64,000 nucleotides of DNA from contig OZ024741.1 in assembly GCA_964016885.1 (NCBI GenBank), positions 272,676,001 to 272,740,000 of the forward strand, written 5' to 3'. Made by a program: the position numbers and the translations under genes. The DNA comes from Eledone cirrhosa. Its lineage: Eukaryota. The notes under the pieces were generated by a model, which was not told the origin of the DNA, did not search any database, and saw nothing but the letters and a program-made list of their open reading frames with translations. Positions within the stretch are counted from its first letter, which is position 1; the number at the start of each line of letters is the position of its first letter. This document shows, piece by piece, positions 1-12,706 of this stretch.

Positions 1-883
1 CCTAGGTGACCGAATTAGCAACGGAGGTGGGTGCTCAGAAAGTACAATAACTAGGGTAAGAACGGGATGGAAGAAGTTTAGGGAACTACTACCACTGCTA
101 GCTGCAAAAGGCTTCTCCCTCAGAATGAAAGGCAGACTGTATGATGCGTGTATCCGAACAGCGATGTTGCATGGTAGTGAGACCTGGGCGCTGAAGGTGG
201 AAGACTTACGTAGATTAGAGAGAAACGAAGCCTGCATGCTCCGATGGATGTGTAACAGTAATATACGTGAACGACAAAGCATAAAGGAATTGAGAGAGAG
301 ACTGAGCATAAGAGGAATCAAATGCTGCGTGCAGGAGAGGCGGTTACGCTGGTATGGACATGTGATGCGTATGAAGGATGACAGCTGCATAAAAAGGTGC
401 AGAGCACTAGAAGTTGATGGAAACCGCGGAGTGGGGAGACCCAAGATGACTTGGGATGAGGTGATAAAAGCCGACCTTACCCAACTACACCTTTCAAAGA
501 CAATGACACACGACCGTGACTTCTGGCGTCACGCAGTAATACAGGGTACCCGACCTCCCATGGGTACATGCTGAAGCATATAAACAATATGCCCCCACTC
601 CCCCCACCGCAAGGTGGTCGTGGAGGTGCCACGGAAAAAAAAGCGCCCAGCCCACACTGTAAAGTGGACGTGTAGGCGCCACGAAAAAGCACCCAGCACT
701 CACTGTAAATGAGGTTGGTGTCAGGAAGGGCATCCAGCTGTAGAAATCAAGCCAGATCAGTTCCTGTATGAGCAAGGCATGGTCAGCCGACCAGACACTG
801 CCCGCAACAGGACAACCCGTCTAACCCATGCTAGCGTGGAAGAACGGACGTAAAACGGTGATGATGATGATGATGATGATGAT
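1..883 (+). mobile_element. RTE-clade LINE, 3' fragment (ORF2 C-terminus, 3'UTR, (GAT)n tail)
   Basis: ORF 125-574 carries RTE-type motifs (LHGSETW, RRLRWYGHVMRM, RGVGRPKMTW, DRDFWR). It ends in a (GAT)n tail at about 859-883. Highly similar to the copy at 1546-2727. Confidence 0.9.
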
Positions 884-1545
884 AATAAATTTAGTAAAGT
901 TTACCTTCGTGAGGATGTAAAAACATGTTTTCTTTCTCGAGTTTGTAAAGCCTTTAAATTTGATTTTATAAATTAAATATGAAAGTATACTTTAATATTA
1001 ATACAGATATTTATTAACTTTTATAACCTAAAATATTATTCATTACTCTGAACTAACTTAAATTAAATGATTTGAATGTTAACGGTCAACCGTCAACGGT
1101 CAATGTTTGGATATATATTGTATATATAGATAATTATCTAAAGACTTGTTATTAACCTTCATATGAATACACCCAATTATATTTAAAATTTCGATTGATG
1201 AATACTTTTAGATAATTCAATAATTCAATGAATTGAGTTTTTTTTCTTTTTCATAAAGCTAAGCCCAAACGTTGTTCTATATAGAAATATACAATTAATA
1301 TCTCCCTATATATTACACTATAAAAGTTATTCCTCTTTATCTCTCTCTCTGTAATCAACTCTCTTTTGCTTTCTATGCTCCTACTAGCTATATAATCCCC
1401 TCATCTGTTTTTTTCTCTATGCCTTTCTTTTCTTTCCTCTTTCTTTAGTAATTTAAATTATTTGAATCTCTAACAGTTATATTGCTGCTATATATTTTTT
1501 AAGCTTTCTCACACACACCCTCTCTATTATATGTATTATAGGGTC

Positions 1546-2727
1546 TCAAGTCAACATGACAAAGACTAAGGTCCTTGTAAGTAGATGAGAAAACAGAACC
1601 CAGATCCCCTCAGGGAAATGGCCTTGCTCGGTATGTAGGAAAGGTGTAGGTAGGAACTCCATTCTCTGCCCCAAATGCAAACAATGGGTACACAAGAGAT
1701 GTAGCGGGATCTCGGGAAGCTTTATTAAGAATGCAGGCTTCACATGTAGCAGCTGTACTGGGACAGCAAGTAGCAAACAGCCACAGGAAACAAGTACCAC
1801 CAATCTCTGGGAGGGCTCTGTAGAAACAGTAGACAACTTCTGCTACCTAGGTGACCGAATTAGCAGCGGAGGTGGGTGTTCAGAAAGTACAATAACTAGG
1901 GTAAGAATGGGATGGAAGAAGTTCAGGGAACTACTGCCACTGCTAGCTGCAAAAGGCTTTTCCCTCAAAATGAAAGGTAGACTGTATGATGCGTGTATTC
2001 GAACAGCAATGTTACATGGTAGTGAGACCTGGGCGCTGAAGGTGGAAGACTTACGTAGATTAGAAAGAAACGAAGCCTGCATGCTCCGATGGATGTGTAA
2101 TAGTAATATACGCAAACGGCAAAGCATAAATGAATTGAGAGAGAGACTGAGCATAAGAGGAACCAAATGCTGTGTGCAGGAGAGGCAGTTGCGTTGGTAT
2201 GGACATGTGATGCGTATGAAATATGACAGCTGCATAAAAAGGTGCAGAGCACTAGAAGTCAATGGAAACCGCGGAGTGGGGAGACCCAAGGTGACCTGGG
2301 ATGAGGTGATAAAAGCCGACCTTACCCAATTACACCTCTCAAAGGTGATGACACATGACCGTGACCTCTGGCGTCATGCAGTAATACAGAGTATCCGACC
2401 TCCCTTGGGTACAAGCTGAAGCATATAGACAATATGCCCCCACACCCTCCCACTGCAAGGTGGTCGTGGAGGTGCCATGCAAAAAAGCACCCAGGCAACA
2501 CTGTAAACTGGACGTGTAGGCACCACGGAAAATAGCACCCAGCACTCATTCTAAATGAGGTTGGTGTTAGGAAGGGCATCCAGCTGTAGAAATGAAGCCA
2601 AAATCAGTTCCTGTATGAGCAAGGCATGGTCAGCCGACCAGACACTGCCCACAACAGGACAACCCGTCTAATCCATGCTAGCATGGAAGAACGGACGTAA
2701 AACGGTGATGATGATGATGATGATGAT
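1546..2727 (+). mobile_element. RTE-clade LINE, 5'-truncated copy with a PHD-finger-like segment in ORF2
   Basis: The frame from 1553 reads NMTKTKVLVSR*...KWPCSVCRKGVGRNSILCPKCKQWVHKRCSG...FTCSSC...VDNFCYLGD and continues into ORF 1907-2419. One stop at 1586. (GAT)n tail. Confidence 0.9.
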
Positions 2728-2848
2728 ATGTAGGGTTTTTTCATGTTTCAATATGAAGGTATATAAATATTGAGTTTTGTCATATCTTACTCACTACCAT
2801 GACTGAATCTTAACCATCTACTATGTCAGGGTATGTCATGCATCATCT

Positions 2849-2915
2849 TATTTTATCTGATGAGGACGTACTGTTGAAGTTAACTCAGTACCTCTGAAAT
2901 ATGTATAATAAAATA
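2849..2915 (+). ncRNA. Type I hammerhead ribozyme motif
   Basis: TATTTTAT-CTGATGA-[stem II containing gtactg...cagtac]-GAAA-TATGTA-TA-ATAAAATA. Perfect 8-bp stem I and intact catalytic core. Confidence 0.8.
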
Positions 2916-3161
2916 TACTTGATCACAAGAATATCTACTTTGTTAATATTTTGAATTAATATTATATATATATATATATATATATGCATAAACATGTTTA
3001 CAAACACACCGAGCATTATAATAAATGTTCGGTAAATCCATACGTACATATATATATGTGTGCATGTATGTATATATATATACATACTACTGTACGTCTG
3101 TATACATATATGTATGTACGTATACATACATACACATATATATATATATATATATATGCAT

Positions 3162-3206
<45 letters not shown>

Positions 3207-3209
<3 letters not shown>

Positions 3210-3497
3210 TCATCATCATCATCATTTTACGTCCGCTTTTCCCTGCTTGCAAGGGTGGGACGACAACTGATTCTGGCTTGATTTCTACAGCTGGATGCCC
3301 TTCCTAACACCAACCTCATTTACAGTGAGTGCTGGGTGCTTTTTTGCCGTGGCACTTCCACGACCACTTTGCAGCTGAGTAAACTGGAGCAATGTGAAAT
3401 AAAGTGTCTTGTTCAAGGAAACAACACATCACCTGGTCTGAGAATTGAACTCACAACCTTTAGATTGCAAGGCAAATGCTCTAAGCCATGTGACTCC
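3207..3497 (-). mobile_element. tRNA-derived SINE with RTE-derived 3' tail (family A)
   Basis: Reverse complement of the element at 16449-16799, with a (GAT)n tail and internal deletions. Confidence 0.85.
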
Positions 3498-3650
3498 ATA
3501 TATATATATGTATACACATATACTTAGGTTAAACATTGATGCAATTCAATTCAAGCACTCAACGTACTTTTTCCACATAGGAGTGATGGAGTAAATATTG
3601 AATAAGGAAAAGCGAAGTAGTTTCAGATGTTCAAGTCTTTTAATAATAAT

Positions 3651-3724
3651 GCTGTGATATATATTTCAATGACGACACTGGCCACACTGTTCTGTGTGCG
3701 AGTGTCGTGACATCGTCAGACAGC
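3651..3724 (-). ncRNA. Type I hammerhead ribozyme motif (left arm)
   Basis: Reverse complement of 4976-5049, core intact. Confidence 0.85.
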
Positions 3725-4975
3725 TTGTTACATAATAAGGTTATGTTTCTGAGGCAATCCAAATTGAATCGACATGGGAACGGACGAAGTGTGTGCTTTT
3801 GGGTTCTTCATCCGTTCCCCTGTGAGTACCAATTCACCCCCACCGGTCTGCGCAGCCGCAGGTCCGAAGGAAGTTGACCATTAGCTACCGCAGATTTCAA
3901 CCTAATTCGCTTAGTCAGTTCCCCCTTTCAGCCAAACAATGACCCATTCAGGCCTGTACGATAGTTTACTGCTACCCATCCCGTCTGTGGCAGTCAGCCG
4001 AAAGCCAGAAGGGATGGGAGAGTGTTAGTTTTTATAGGTCACAATACTACCAAGCATGGACAGTACAACTGACCATCAACCCCTAAGAGAAAATATACTT
4101 AATTCTAGGTATCATGGTTTTACATTGGAAGTTATGAGTGAGAGTTGGAAATAAAAATAAAAATTTAAAATCGAAAATCCTAAATCAAATAGAAATTATA
4201 AATTAAAAAATAAAAAAATTAAAAAATTAACAATTAGAAATTAAAAAATTTTTCAAGTGAGAATCCAGATTGAGGTGAGTAAAAAAACATATAGATTGAA
4301 GTGAGTAAATAATATGCAGAGAGATGTTTAAGTAAAAAGTTCTGAAAGGGGTCCCAATGTCACAGTTACACTATCCACATATTGAACGATAGTGCCGTAC
4401 ATTAGAACGGAGGGTAAACTACAGTATTAAAGGCAGTAGTCAATCTGGTAAATAGTCATGATTTCCATCACATGGAACAAATCCCCCCCCCCCAAAAAAA
4501 AAACTGATATAAAGTACACAAACGAAAAGAACCAATAATGAGTACATATATGCAAAATGATCCATATGATTGTCAATTTGTCCATGTATAGATTGAATTG
4601 AGGGGGCTTCTGTTCAAATGCGATTTGGTGCAGGAAAATAGGGGTTCATCTTAGTTTTTGTTTCCGCGTATTTATCCTGCCGAAAGTTATTATTATGTCC
4701 GTCCAGTGTCAGGGGTTTCCATCCCCATGGTAGAGGGAATTTCCTGGTGTAGCTCGTTGTTGGTTCCTCTCTTCTCCACCATATCGGTTACATCATAGAA
4801 CGCTCAACTAATTGGAGCTAATGGTCAACTTCCTTCGGACATGCACCTGTGCAGACCGGTGGGGGTGAATTGGTACTCAGGGGAATGGATGAAGAACCCA
4901 AAAGCACACACTTCGTCCGTTCCCATGTCGATTCAATTTGGATTGCCTCGGAAACATAACCTTATTATGTAACAA

Positions 4976-5049
4976 GCTGTCTGACGATGTCGCGACACTC
5001 GCACACAGAACAGTGTGGTCAGTGTCGTCATTGAAATATATATCACAGC
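4976..5049 (+). ncRNA. Type I hammerhead ribozyme motif (right arm)
   Basis: GCTGT-CTGACGA-[cgacact...agtgtcg stem II]-GAAA-TATATA-TC-ACAGC. Palindromic stem III; predicted cleavage after AUC at 5044. Confidence 0.85.
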
Positions 5050-5077
5050 ATTATTATTAAAAGACTATTATTAAAAG

Positions 5078-5263
5078 GGCGGTGAATTGGCAGTATCGGT
5101 AGAGGGTCGGATGCCATGCTTTGACGTATAGAGTTACGGCCCTTGCCATTCTGAGTTCAAATCCTGCCGAGGTTAACTTTGCCTTTCATCCTTACGGGGT
5201 TGATAAAATAAAGTACCAGTAATGCACTGGGTAATTGCTGGCCTTGTGCCAAAAGTAGAAACA
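5078..5263 (+). mobile_element. tRNA-derived SINE (family B, Meta-domain-like core) with 17-bp target site duplication
   Basis: A/B-box-like head (TGGCAGTATCGG; GAGTTCAAATCC) and core TTTGCCTTTCATCC...GATAAAATAAAGTACCAG. ATTATTATTAAAAGACT is duplicated at 5050-5066 and 5264-5280. Confidence 0.85.
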
Positions 5264-5317
5264 ATTATTATTAAAAGACTTGAACATCTGAAACTACTTC
5301 GCTTTTCCTTATTCGAT

Positions 5318-5321
5318 GCAT

Positions 5322-5359
<38 letters not shown>

Positions 5360-5363
5360 GCAT

Positions 5364-5415
<52 letters not shown>

Positions 5416-5419
5416 TCAT

Positions 5420-5455
<36 letters not shown>

Positions 5456-5459
5456 GCAT

Positions 5460-5509
<50 letters not shown>

Positions 5510-5513
5510 GCAT

Positions 5514-5547
<34 letters not shown>

Positions 5548-5553
5548 ATGCAT

Positions 5554-5587
<34 letters not shown>

Positions 5588-5593
5588 ATGCAT

Positions 5594-5677
<84 letters not shown>

Positions 5678-5735
5678 GCATACACACACATATATATATA
5701 TATATATAAATGCATTCACACATATATATATATAT
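5318..5735. repeat. Compound (TA)n/(CA)n microsatellite
   Basis: Repeated ATGCATACACACA(TA)n blocks. Confidence 0.95.
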
Positions 5736-6019
5736 TAACAAACCACAGACACAAGATAAAATAATGAAATGGATGTATTTAAAAGCTTTTAGACAAAAAA
5801 AAAAAAATATATTGATTTGTTAATTGCTGTATAACAATTGAAATAATACTTAGATAGTACTTAAGATGGGGGGGGGGGGGAGGAGCAATCTATTCCATTT
5901 TGTAATAATTACTTCATAATATAGATAACAAAGATTAAGGAGAACAATAATGAAGAGATTATAATGAGAAGAATGAGACAAATTGATCATTTAGTGTCAC
6001 TTAATGGATTCTTAAAGAA

Positions 6020-6482
<463 letters not shown>

Positions 6483-8400
6483 ATTATTTTAGGCACAAGG
6501 CTAATAATTTTGTGGCAAGGGGAAAGTCGATTAAATTGACCTAGTATGTTACTGGTACTTTATGGCGATTAAATTGATCCCAGTATGTTACTGGTACTTT
6601 ATTAACCTAGAAAGGATGAAAGGCAAAGTTGATCTTGGCAGGATTTTAAATAATTGTTTCTACCTTTGGCACAAGGCCAGCAATTATCCCAGTTTATTAC
6701 TGGTACTTTATTTTATCGACCCTGTAAGGATGAAAGGCAAAGTTAACCTCGGCATGATTTGAACTTAGATCATAAAGGGCCGTAACTCTATGCTGCAAAG
6801 CATGGCATCTGACCCTCTACTGATTCTGATTTAGGCACAAAGCCAACATTTTTGGGGGAAGGGAATTCTTAGCCACTTTCACCTTAGTGGAATGGAAAAT
6901 AAAGTGTATATGAATCAATAGAAGTAGCAATGATATCAAACCCTTTAGCATTTAAACCGGCCGTATTCGGCCAGAATTCTCTCACCTCTTTCTGTTCAAA
7001 CTGACTGTAACTGGTCGCTCATACTCATGTTAAGGTATTTTTCTCAAAATAAATGACATAAAAATCTCGTAGATTCGATATTATGTGAGATAATTATGTT
7101 AGGTAAAGCCTTCACCATGAAAATACAATAGTATATATAGAGTAATGTAAATGCTAAAGGGCTAAAGGGCACAAGGCCAGCAATTACCCCAGTGCATTAC
7201 TGGTACTTTATTTTATTGACCCTGTAAGGATGAAATGCAAAGTTAACCTCGGCAGGATTTGAACTCAGACTGTAAAGGGTCGTAACTGTATGCTGCAAAG
7301 CATGGTGTCCGATCCTCTACCAATACTACCAATCCAATAATAATATCAATCGTTTCTACTTTAGGCACAAGGCCAACAATTTGAAGGGAAGGGGAAAGTC
7401 GATTAAATTGACCCAAGTGCATAACTGGTACATTATTTTATCGACCCGGTAAACATTTTCCATCAACAGTTTCATCACTTTTCCATCTTCATTATTGTCT
7501 TTTTTTAATGTATCATGGATTACTTTATTGATTATAGAAGTAAGTGTAACACAGTTTTTGTTCAATTTATGTGCATATTGTCAATTTACTTTTCAATTTA
7601 CGTATCATATCTATATTCATATATATTTGTGTATAATATCAATATGCCCACTGCAAATGCTAACAGAAAACCACTCGGAGGGCGGTTTTTCTGTTAATAA
7701 TAGAGTTTCTACTTTTGGCACAAGGTCAGCGGTTACCCCAGTGCACCACCGGTACTTTATTTTATCGACCTCATAAGGATGAAAGGCAAAGTTAACCTTG
7801 GCGGGATTTGAACTCATAAAGCAAAGGGCCATAACTATGCTGCAAAGCATGGTGTCCGACCCTCTACCGATACTGCCAAACCACAGCCCTTTTTTCTGCT
7901 AATAATAATAATAATTGTTTCTACTTTTGGCACAAGGCCAGCAATTTGAAGGGAAAGGGAAAGTTGATTAAATGGACCCTAGTGCATTACTGGTACTTTA
8001 ATTTATCGACCCCTTAAGGATAAAAGGCAAAGCTAACTTCTGCAGGAATTGAACTCAGACTATAAAGGGCTATGACTCTGTGCCACAGAGCATGTTGTCT
8101 GATGCTCTATCGATACTACCAATCTACTGCCCTTAATAATAATGATAATAATAATAATAATGATTTCTAGTATAGGCACAAGGCCAGTAATTTGGGAGGC
8201 GGGGAAAGTCGATTAAATCGACCCTAGTACGTTACTAGTACTTTATTTTATCGACCCCGTAAGGATGAAAGGCAAAGTTAACCTCAAGGGGATTTGAACT
8301 CAGATCGTAAAGGGATGTAACTATGCTAGAAAGCATGGCGTCCAACCCTCTACCGATACTGTCAATTCACTGCCCTCATAATAATAATAATAATAATAAT
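6483..8400 (-). mobile_element. Cluster of about 7-9 full or partial family-B SINE copies in the same orientation
   Basis: Recurrent GGCACAAGGCCAGCAAT...CTGGTACTTTATTTTATCGACCC..AAGGATGAAAGGCAAAGTTAACCTCGGCAGGATTTGAACTCAGA blocks separated by (AAT)n. Confidence 0.85.
6941..7161. mobile_element. MITE with 14-bp TIRs (piggyBac-like CCC...GGG ends)
   Basis: CCCTTTAGCATTTA at 6941 and TAAATGCTAAAGGG ending at 7161. Flanks CAAA and CTAA resemble a decayed TTAA. Confidence 0.6.
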
Positions 8401-8660
8401 ACTTTCTTTATTAACCACAAGGGTTGATATACAGTATAACATTAAGGACAGCACATGACAGTACAGGACGGTACAGGATGGTACAAATGGGAATTTCTGC
8501 ATGTAAAAGAAACAAACAAAATTATATATATAAAAAAGAAAAACAAAGGATGTAACAAAAAAATGGAAACAAAGGAGAAATTCCTCAATAGGAGGAAGAC
8601 TTCTGAGGGTGACTCATGGAGAAAGCCCACAAAAAGCCACAGTCACCCTGACTGCGAGGG
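8401..8660 (-). mobile_element. Retroelement 3'-end fragment (second copy at about 12882-12990)
   Basis: CTTTCTTTATTAACCACAAGGGTTGA...ACATTAAGGACAG..TACAAATGGG occurs twice, each time next to an (AAT)n tail. Confidence 0.5.
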
Positions 8661-8663
8661 AAA

Positions 8664-9152
8664 TCATCATCATCATCATCATTTTACGTCCGCTTTTCCC
8701 TGCTTGCAAGGGTGGGATGGGAACTGATTCTGGCTTGATTTCTACAGCTGGATGCCCTTCCTAACACCAACCTCATTTACAGTGAGTGCTGGGTGCTTTT
8801 ATTTCCGTGGCTCCTACACATCCACTTTACAGTGAGTGCTGGGTGCTTTTATTTCCGTGGCTCCTACACATCCACTTTACAGTGAGTGCTGGGTGCTTTT
8901 TTTTCCGTGGCTCCTACACGTCCACTTTACAGTGTGGGCTGGGTGCTTTTTTGCCGTGGCACCTCCACGACCACTTTGCAGTGGAATGATAGGGACCCCA
9001 GTCCTATCATCTCATTTCTACAGCTGAGTAAACTGGAGCAATGTGAAATAAAGTGTCTTGCTCAAGGATACAACACATCACCCGGTCTGAGAATTGAACT
9101 CACAACCTTTCGATTGCAAAGCCAATGCTCTAACCACTAAGCCATGTGCCTC
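8664..9152 (-). mobile_element. Family-A tRNA/RTE SINE with an internal 50-bp tandem expansion
   Basis: Matches 16449-16799. A 50-bp unit (TTTACAGTGAGTGCTGGGTGCTTTT...CCTACACATCCAC) is repeated three times at about 8777-8926. Confidence 0.85.
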
Positions 9153-9299
9153 TAAATAATAATAATAATTTTTTTTGGGGGGGAGGGGGCACTGGAGTTG
9201 ATAAAATGACTTTCTCCGCCTCCCAATAAATTAATAAATTATTTACAACATTATTTGCCAATAATGTGAGGGGCACCACCCAGGTGAAATTAAGGAACA

Positions 9300-10232
9300 C
9301 CATGATAATGATGGTGATGGTGGTGATTGTTGTGGTGGCGATGTTTGTGGAAGTTATGATGGTGGTTGTGGTGGTAGTGATAGTGGGGATGGTGATGATG
9401 GTGGTTGTGGTGATGATGATGGTTGGGGTGGTTGTGTTGGTGATGATGGCGATGATGATGGTTGTGGTGGGTGTGATGGTGGTGGTGGTGATGATTGTGG
9501 TGGTGGTGGTTACGATGGTGATGTTGGTGGTTGTGGGGGTAGTGTTGATGGCGGTGGTGATAGTGGTGAGTGTGGTGGTGGTGATGGTGATGATGGTGGT
9601 TGTGGTGATGATGATGGTTGGGGTGGTTGTGTTGGTGATGATGGCGATGATGATGGTTGTGGTGGGTGTGATGGTGGTGGTGGTGATGATGGTGGTTGGG
9701 GTGGTTGTGTTGGTGATGATGGTTGTGGTGGGTGTGATGGTGGTGGTGGTGATGATTGTGGTGGTGGTGGTTGCGATGGTCATGTTGGTGGTTGTGGGGG
9801 TAGTGTTGATGGCGGTGGTGATAGTGGTGGGTGTAGTGGTGGTGATGGTGATGATGGTGGTTGTGGTGATGATGGTGGTTGTGTTGGTGATGGTGATAGT
9901 TGTGGTGGTGGTGATGATGGTAGTGGTGGTGATGATGATGGTTGTGGTGGTGGTGGTTGTGATGATAATAGTTGTGGGTGTGGTGGTGGTGATGATGGTT
10001 GTGGTTGTGGTGGTGATGATAGTTGTGGTGATGGTGGTTGTGGTGGTGGTGGTGATGATGATGGTTGTGGTGATGATATGGTTGTGGTGGTGGTGATGGT
10101 GGTTGTGGTGTGGTGGTGGTGATGATGGTGGTGGTGGTGATGATGGTTGTAGTTGTTGTGGTGATGCTTGTGGTGGTAGTGGTGATGATGGTTGTGGTAG
10201 TGCTGATGATTATGGTTGTGGTGGTGGTGATT
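9300..10232. repeat. Degenerate (GGT/GAT/TGT)n trinucleotide low-complexity tract
   Basis: Direct inspection; gives poly-V/M, poly-T and poly-H ORFs. Contains internally duplicated blocks. Confidence 0.9.
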
Positions 10233-10269
10233 TGGGAGCATGGAGTATAGAAGGAGTCTGAGGAAGCCA

Positions 10270-11530
10270 TCACAGTGAAGGTTGAAATCAGGTTATGAAA
10301 TACAGAACTGGAACTTCAGTTGTGGACTGGACAAAGATGGAACTGCAGAAACTCAACAGAAACTCTAGAAAGCTGCTGTGTATGTGTTGAGCCCACCATT
10401 TGAAAACTGATATCAACCGGTTGTAGTTGAGGAGAAATCAGAGCTGAAGAGGTTTAACTAGTGTGGAAGATTTTCTACTGATGAAATAAAGCAGCTTACT
10501 TCATCATTTGTAGAATTGCACAGAAACATTAGGAAAGGTAGTAAAGAACAAAGGATGAAGTCTGGATAGAGTGGTAGAAAGGATAAAAATAAAATTAAAA
10601 GAGACTATTTTGAACCCTTACCTATGGTCATGAATCCTAGGTAATGACTGAAAGGATATGATCGCGAATACAAGCAGCTGAAATGGGGTTTCTCTGAAGG
10701 GTTTTTGGCATAATGTTACTCGATAGAGTGTGTAGTTTGGAGATCAGAGAGTCACTCCAGGTAGAGCGACTACTTCTTCGAATTGAGGGATCACAGTTCT
10801 GATACTATGGGCATGTGGTTAGAATGTCTCAGGCAAGAATTGCTGGACAGATTTTACGGGCAAAATCAACTGTCAGGAGACTCAGGGGTAGACCCCGAAC
10901 AAGATGGTTGGATAGCATCCATGAGTTTGGCTGGTCATGCTTGGGGATCCAGCTGGATCAGTTGGAGACGGTTGCTTCTGACAGGACCTGCTGGAAGGAG
11001 TGTTTGAGGACTCTACCCCCAACAACCCTCTCAGGAATAAGTGGGTGATGAAGAAGAAGAAAATGTTGAACAGATTGAAGAGAAACCTTTGAAAGGTCAG
11101 TTTCAGAAATCCACTGAAGATGTACATGGGAAAAACCCTGGGCTTCGTTGAAAAAGAGAATAATTGAAAAAAGAAAGAGAATTTTATTACAGCAACTGAA
11201 GATTAAACACTGTAAACAAACAACTTGAAGAAATATGTTTATAGGGATGAGGTGACAGCAAAATGTAGAATATAAGGAATTTAGGATGAAACAGTAGCTC
11301 ACATTGTGGAAGAATGTCCCAAATTTGACCATGGATAATATAAATATAAGAAATGGAGACATATTAAGTTATGAAAGTTTTGCACTGAAAGTTTTATCAG
11401 AAATGGAGATTTGAAGCAGAAAGAATGTGATGCCCCATGTTTGTTCAGGGACAATATAAGAAGTAAAAATGTATGATGAAGTTATGTAAATTTTAAACTA
11501 GAAGAAATGGGGTTTGAAGTAGAAAGTATG
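10270..11530 (+). mobile_element. Degenerate R4/Dong-clade LINE fragment, interrupted by an RTE insertion
   Basis: Translates with stops to VVDWTKMELQKLNRNSRKLL..AHHLKTDINRL.LRRNQS.RGLTSVED. After 11060 it reads AKCRI.GI.DETVAHIVEECPK, a CCHC knuckle remnant typical of RLE-type LINEs. Confidence 0.7.
10600..11061 (+). mobile_element. Second RTE-family LINE 3' fragment with (GAA)n tail
   Basis: LTYGHES.VMTERI.SRIQAAEMGFL...YYGHVVRM...GRPRTRWLD...DRTCWK, then GATGAAGAAGAAGA. Distinct from the family at 1-2727. Confidence 0.8.
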
Positions 11531-11539
11531 TGATAGAGT

Positions 11540-12275
11540 TGTAGTGACCTACATTCCGAGGGCTCATAGATACATTCTCTGTTCGTTGTTTGGCTCAGTT
11601 CAGCCAATCGCCGCCAGCGTAGGAGAATGTATCTCGACACGCCCTGAGGGAAAAATTCCCACGTCAATTCAGAAATCTCTCTCTTGCAGTTTGACCATGT
11701 TAAGGTAAACACCACTTCTTCTTTTGCTCCGCAAGCACAAACAATATGTAACGGTAAGATTTGCACTTTGGCCTGTCGGCCTTCTTTGGGCCTGGCACAA
11801 TGCCACATTCCTTTAATAACCTTATATTGTTAATTTTAACTACCCAATTCAACAAACATTACTTTGTGATTAACTTTCTCTCTTTCTCACTACAATAAAT
11901 AAACATACATTCATCATAATTATCCGTGTTGATATTCCCATCATTATTATTGGATTGGCAGTATCGGTAGAGGGTCGGATGTCATGCTTTGATGCATAGA
12001 GTTACGGTCCTTTCCCGCCGAGGTTAACTTTGCCTTTCATCCTCATGGGGTCGATAAAATAAAGTACCAGTAATGCACTGGGTAATTGCTGGCCTTGTGC
12101 CAAAAGTAGAAACAATTATTATATCTTTCTGCTAAAATGGTGACTCGACGTGAGTCTTGGTGATATCAATTATTAGAAACAACAGCTAAAATGGTGACCC
12201 CGACGTGATATTTTAGCTGTTGTTTCTAATAATCGGAGAATGTATCTATGAGCCCTCGGAATGTAGGTCACTACA
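11540..12275. mobile_element. Non-autonomous DNA transposon with perfect 40-bp TIRs and TGT...ACA termini (Ginger-like)
   Basis: TGTAGTGACCTACATTCCGAGGGCTCATAGATACATTCTC at 11540-11579 and its exact reverse complement at 12236-12275. Flanks GAGT and CAGT. Contains a family-B SINE at about 11952-12120. Confidence 0.75.
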
Positions 12276-12467
12276 CAGTTATTAGGTAGGCATTACGTTT
12301 CGCGGTTGGACTCTTTTTGCTATAAGATCATGCCGGATTTTGTAACATGTTTTTGCTAATTGCTTGCAACCACTAGCAATAGGTGCCACAGATTCATCTG
12401 TTTTATGGCACATTCTTCAGAGTGGGGGAGCAGTTTTGATAATAATAATAATAATAATAATAGTTAC

Positions 12468-12667
12468 TGATTTAGGCACAAGGCCAGCAATTTGGGAGGA
12501 TGGGAAAGTCGATTAAATTAACCCCAGTGTATTACAGGTGCTTAATTTATCGACCCCGTAAGGAAGAAAGGCAAAGCTAACCTTGGTGGGATTTGAAATC
12601 AGAACTTAAATGGCCGTAGCTCTATGCTGTTGTCCGATAGTCTACTGATACTGCCAACCCACTGCCT

Positions 12668-12706
<39 letters not shown>

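Larger units (their letters stand above)
3520..5314. mobile_element. Non-coding foldback element with ~290-bp inverted arms carrying hammerhead ribozymes (non-autonomous PLE-like)
   Basis: Arms 3600-3886 and 4816-5314 are reverse complements; the right arm is interrupted by a SINE. Flanked by TA-rich microsatellite. Confidence 0.75.
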
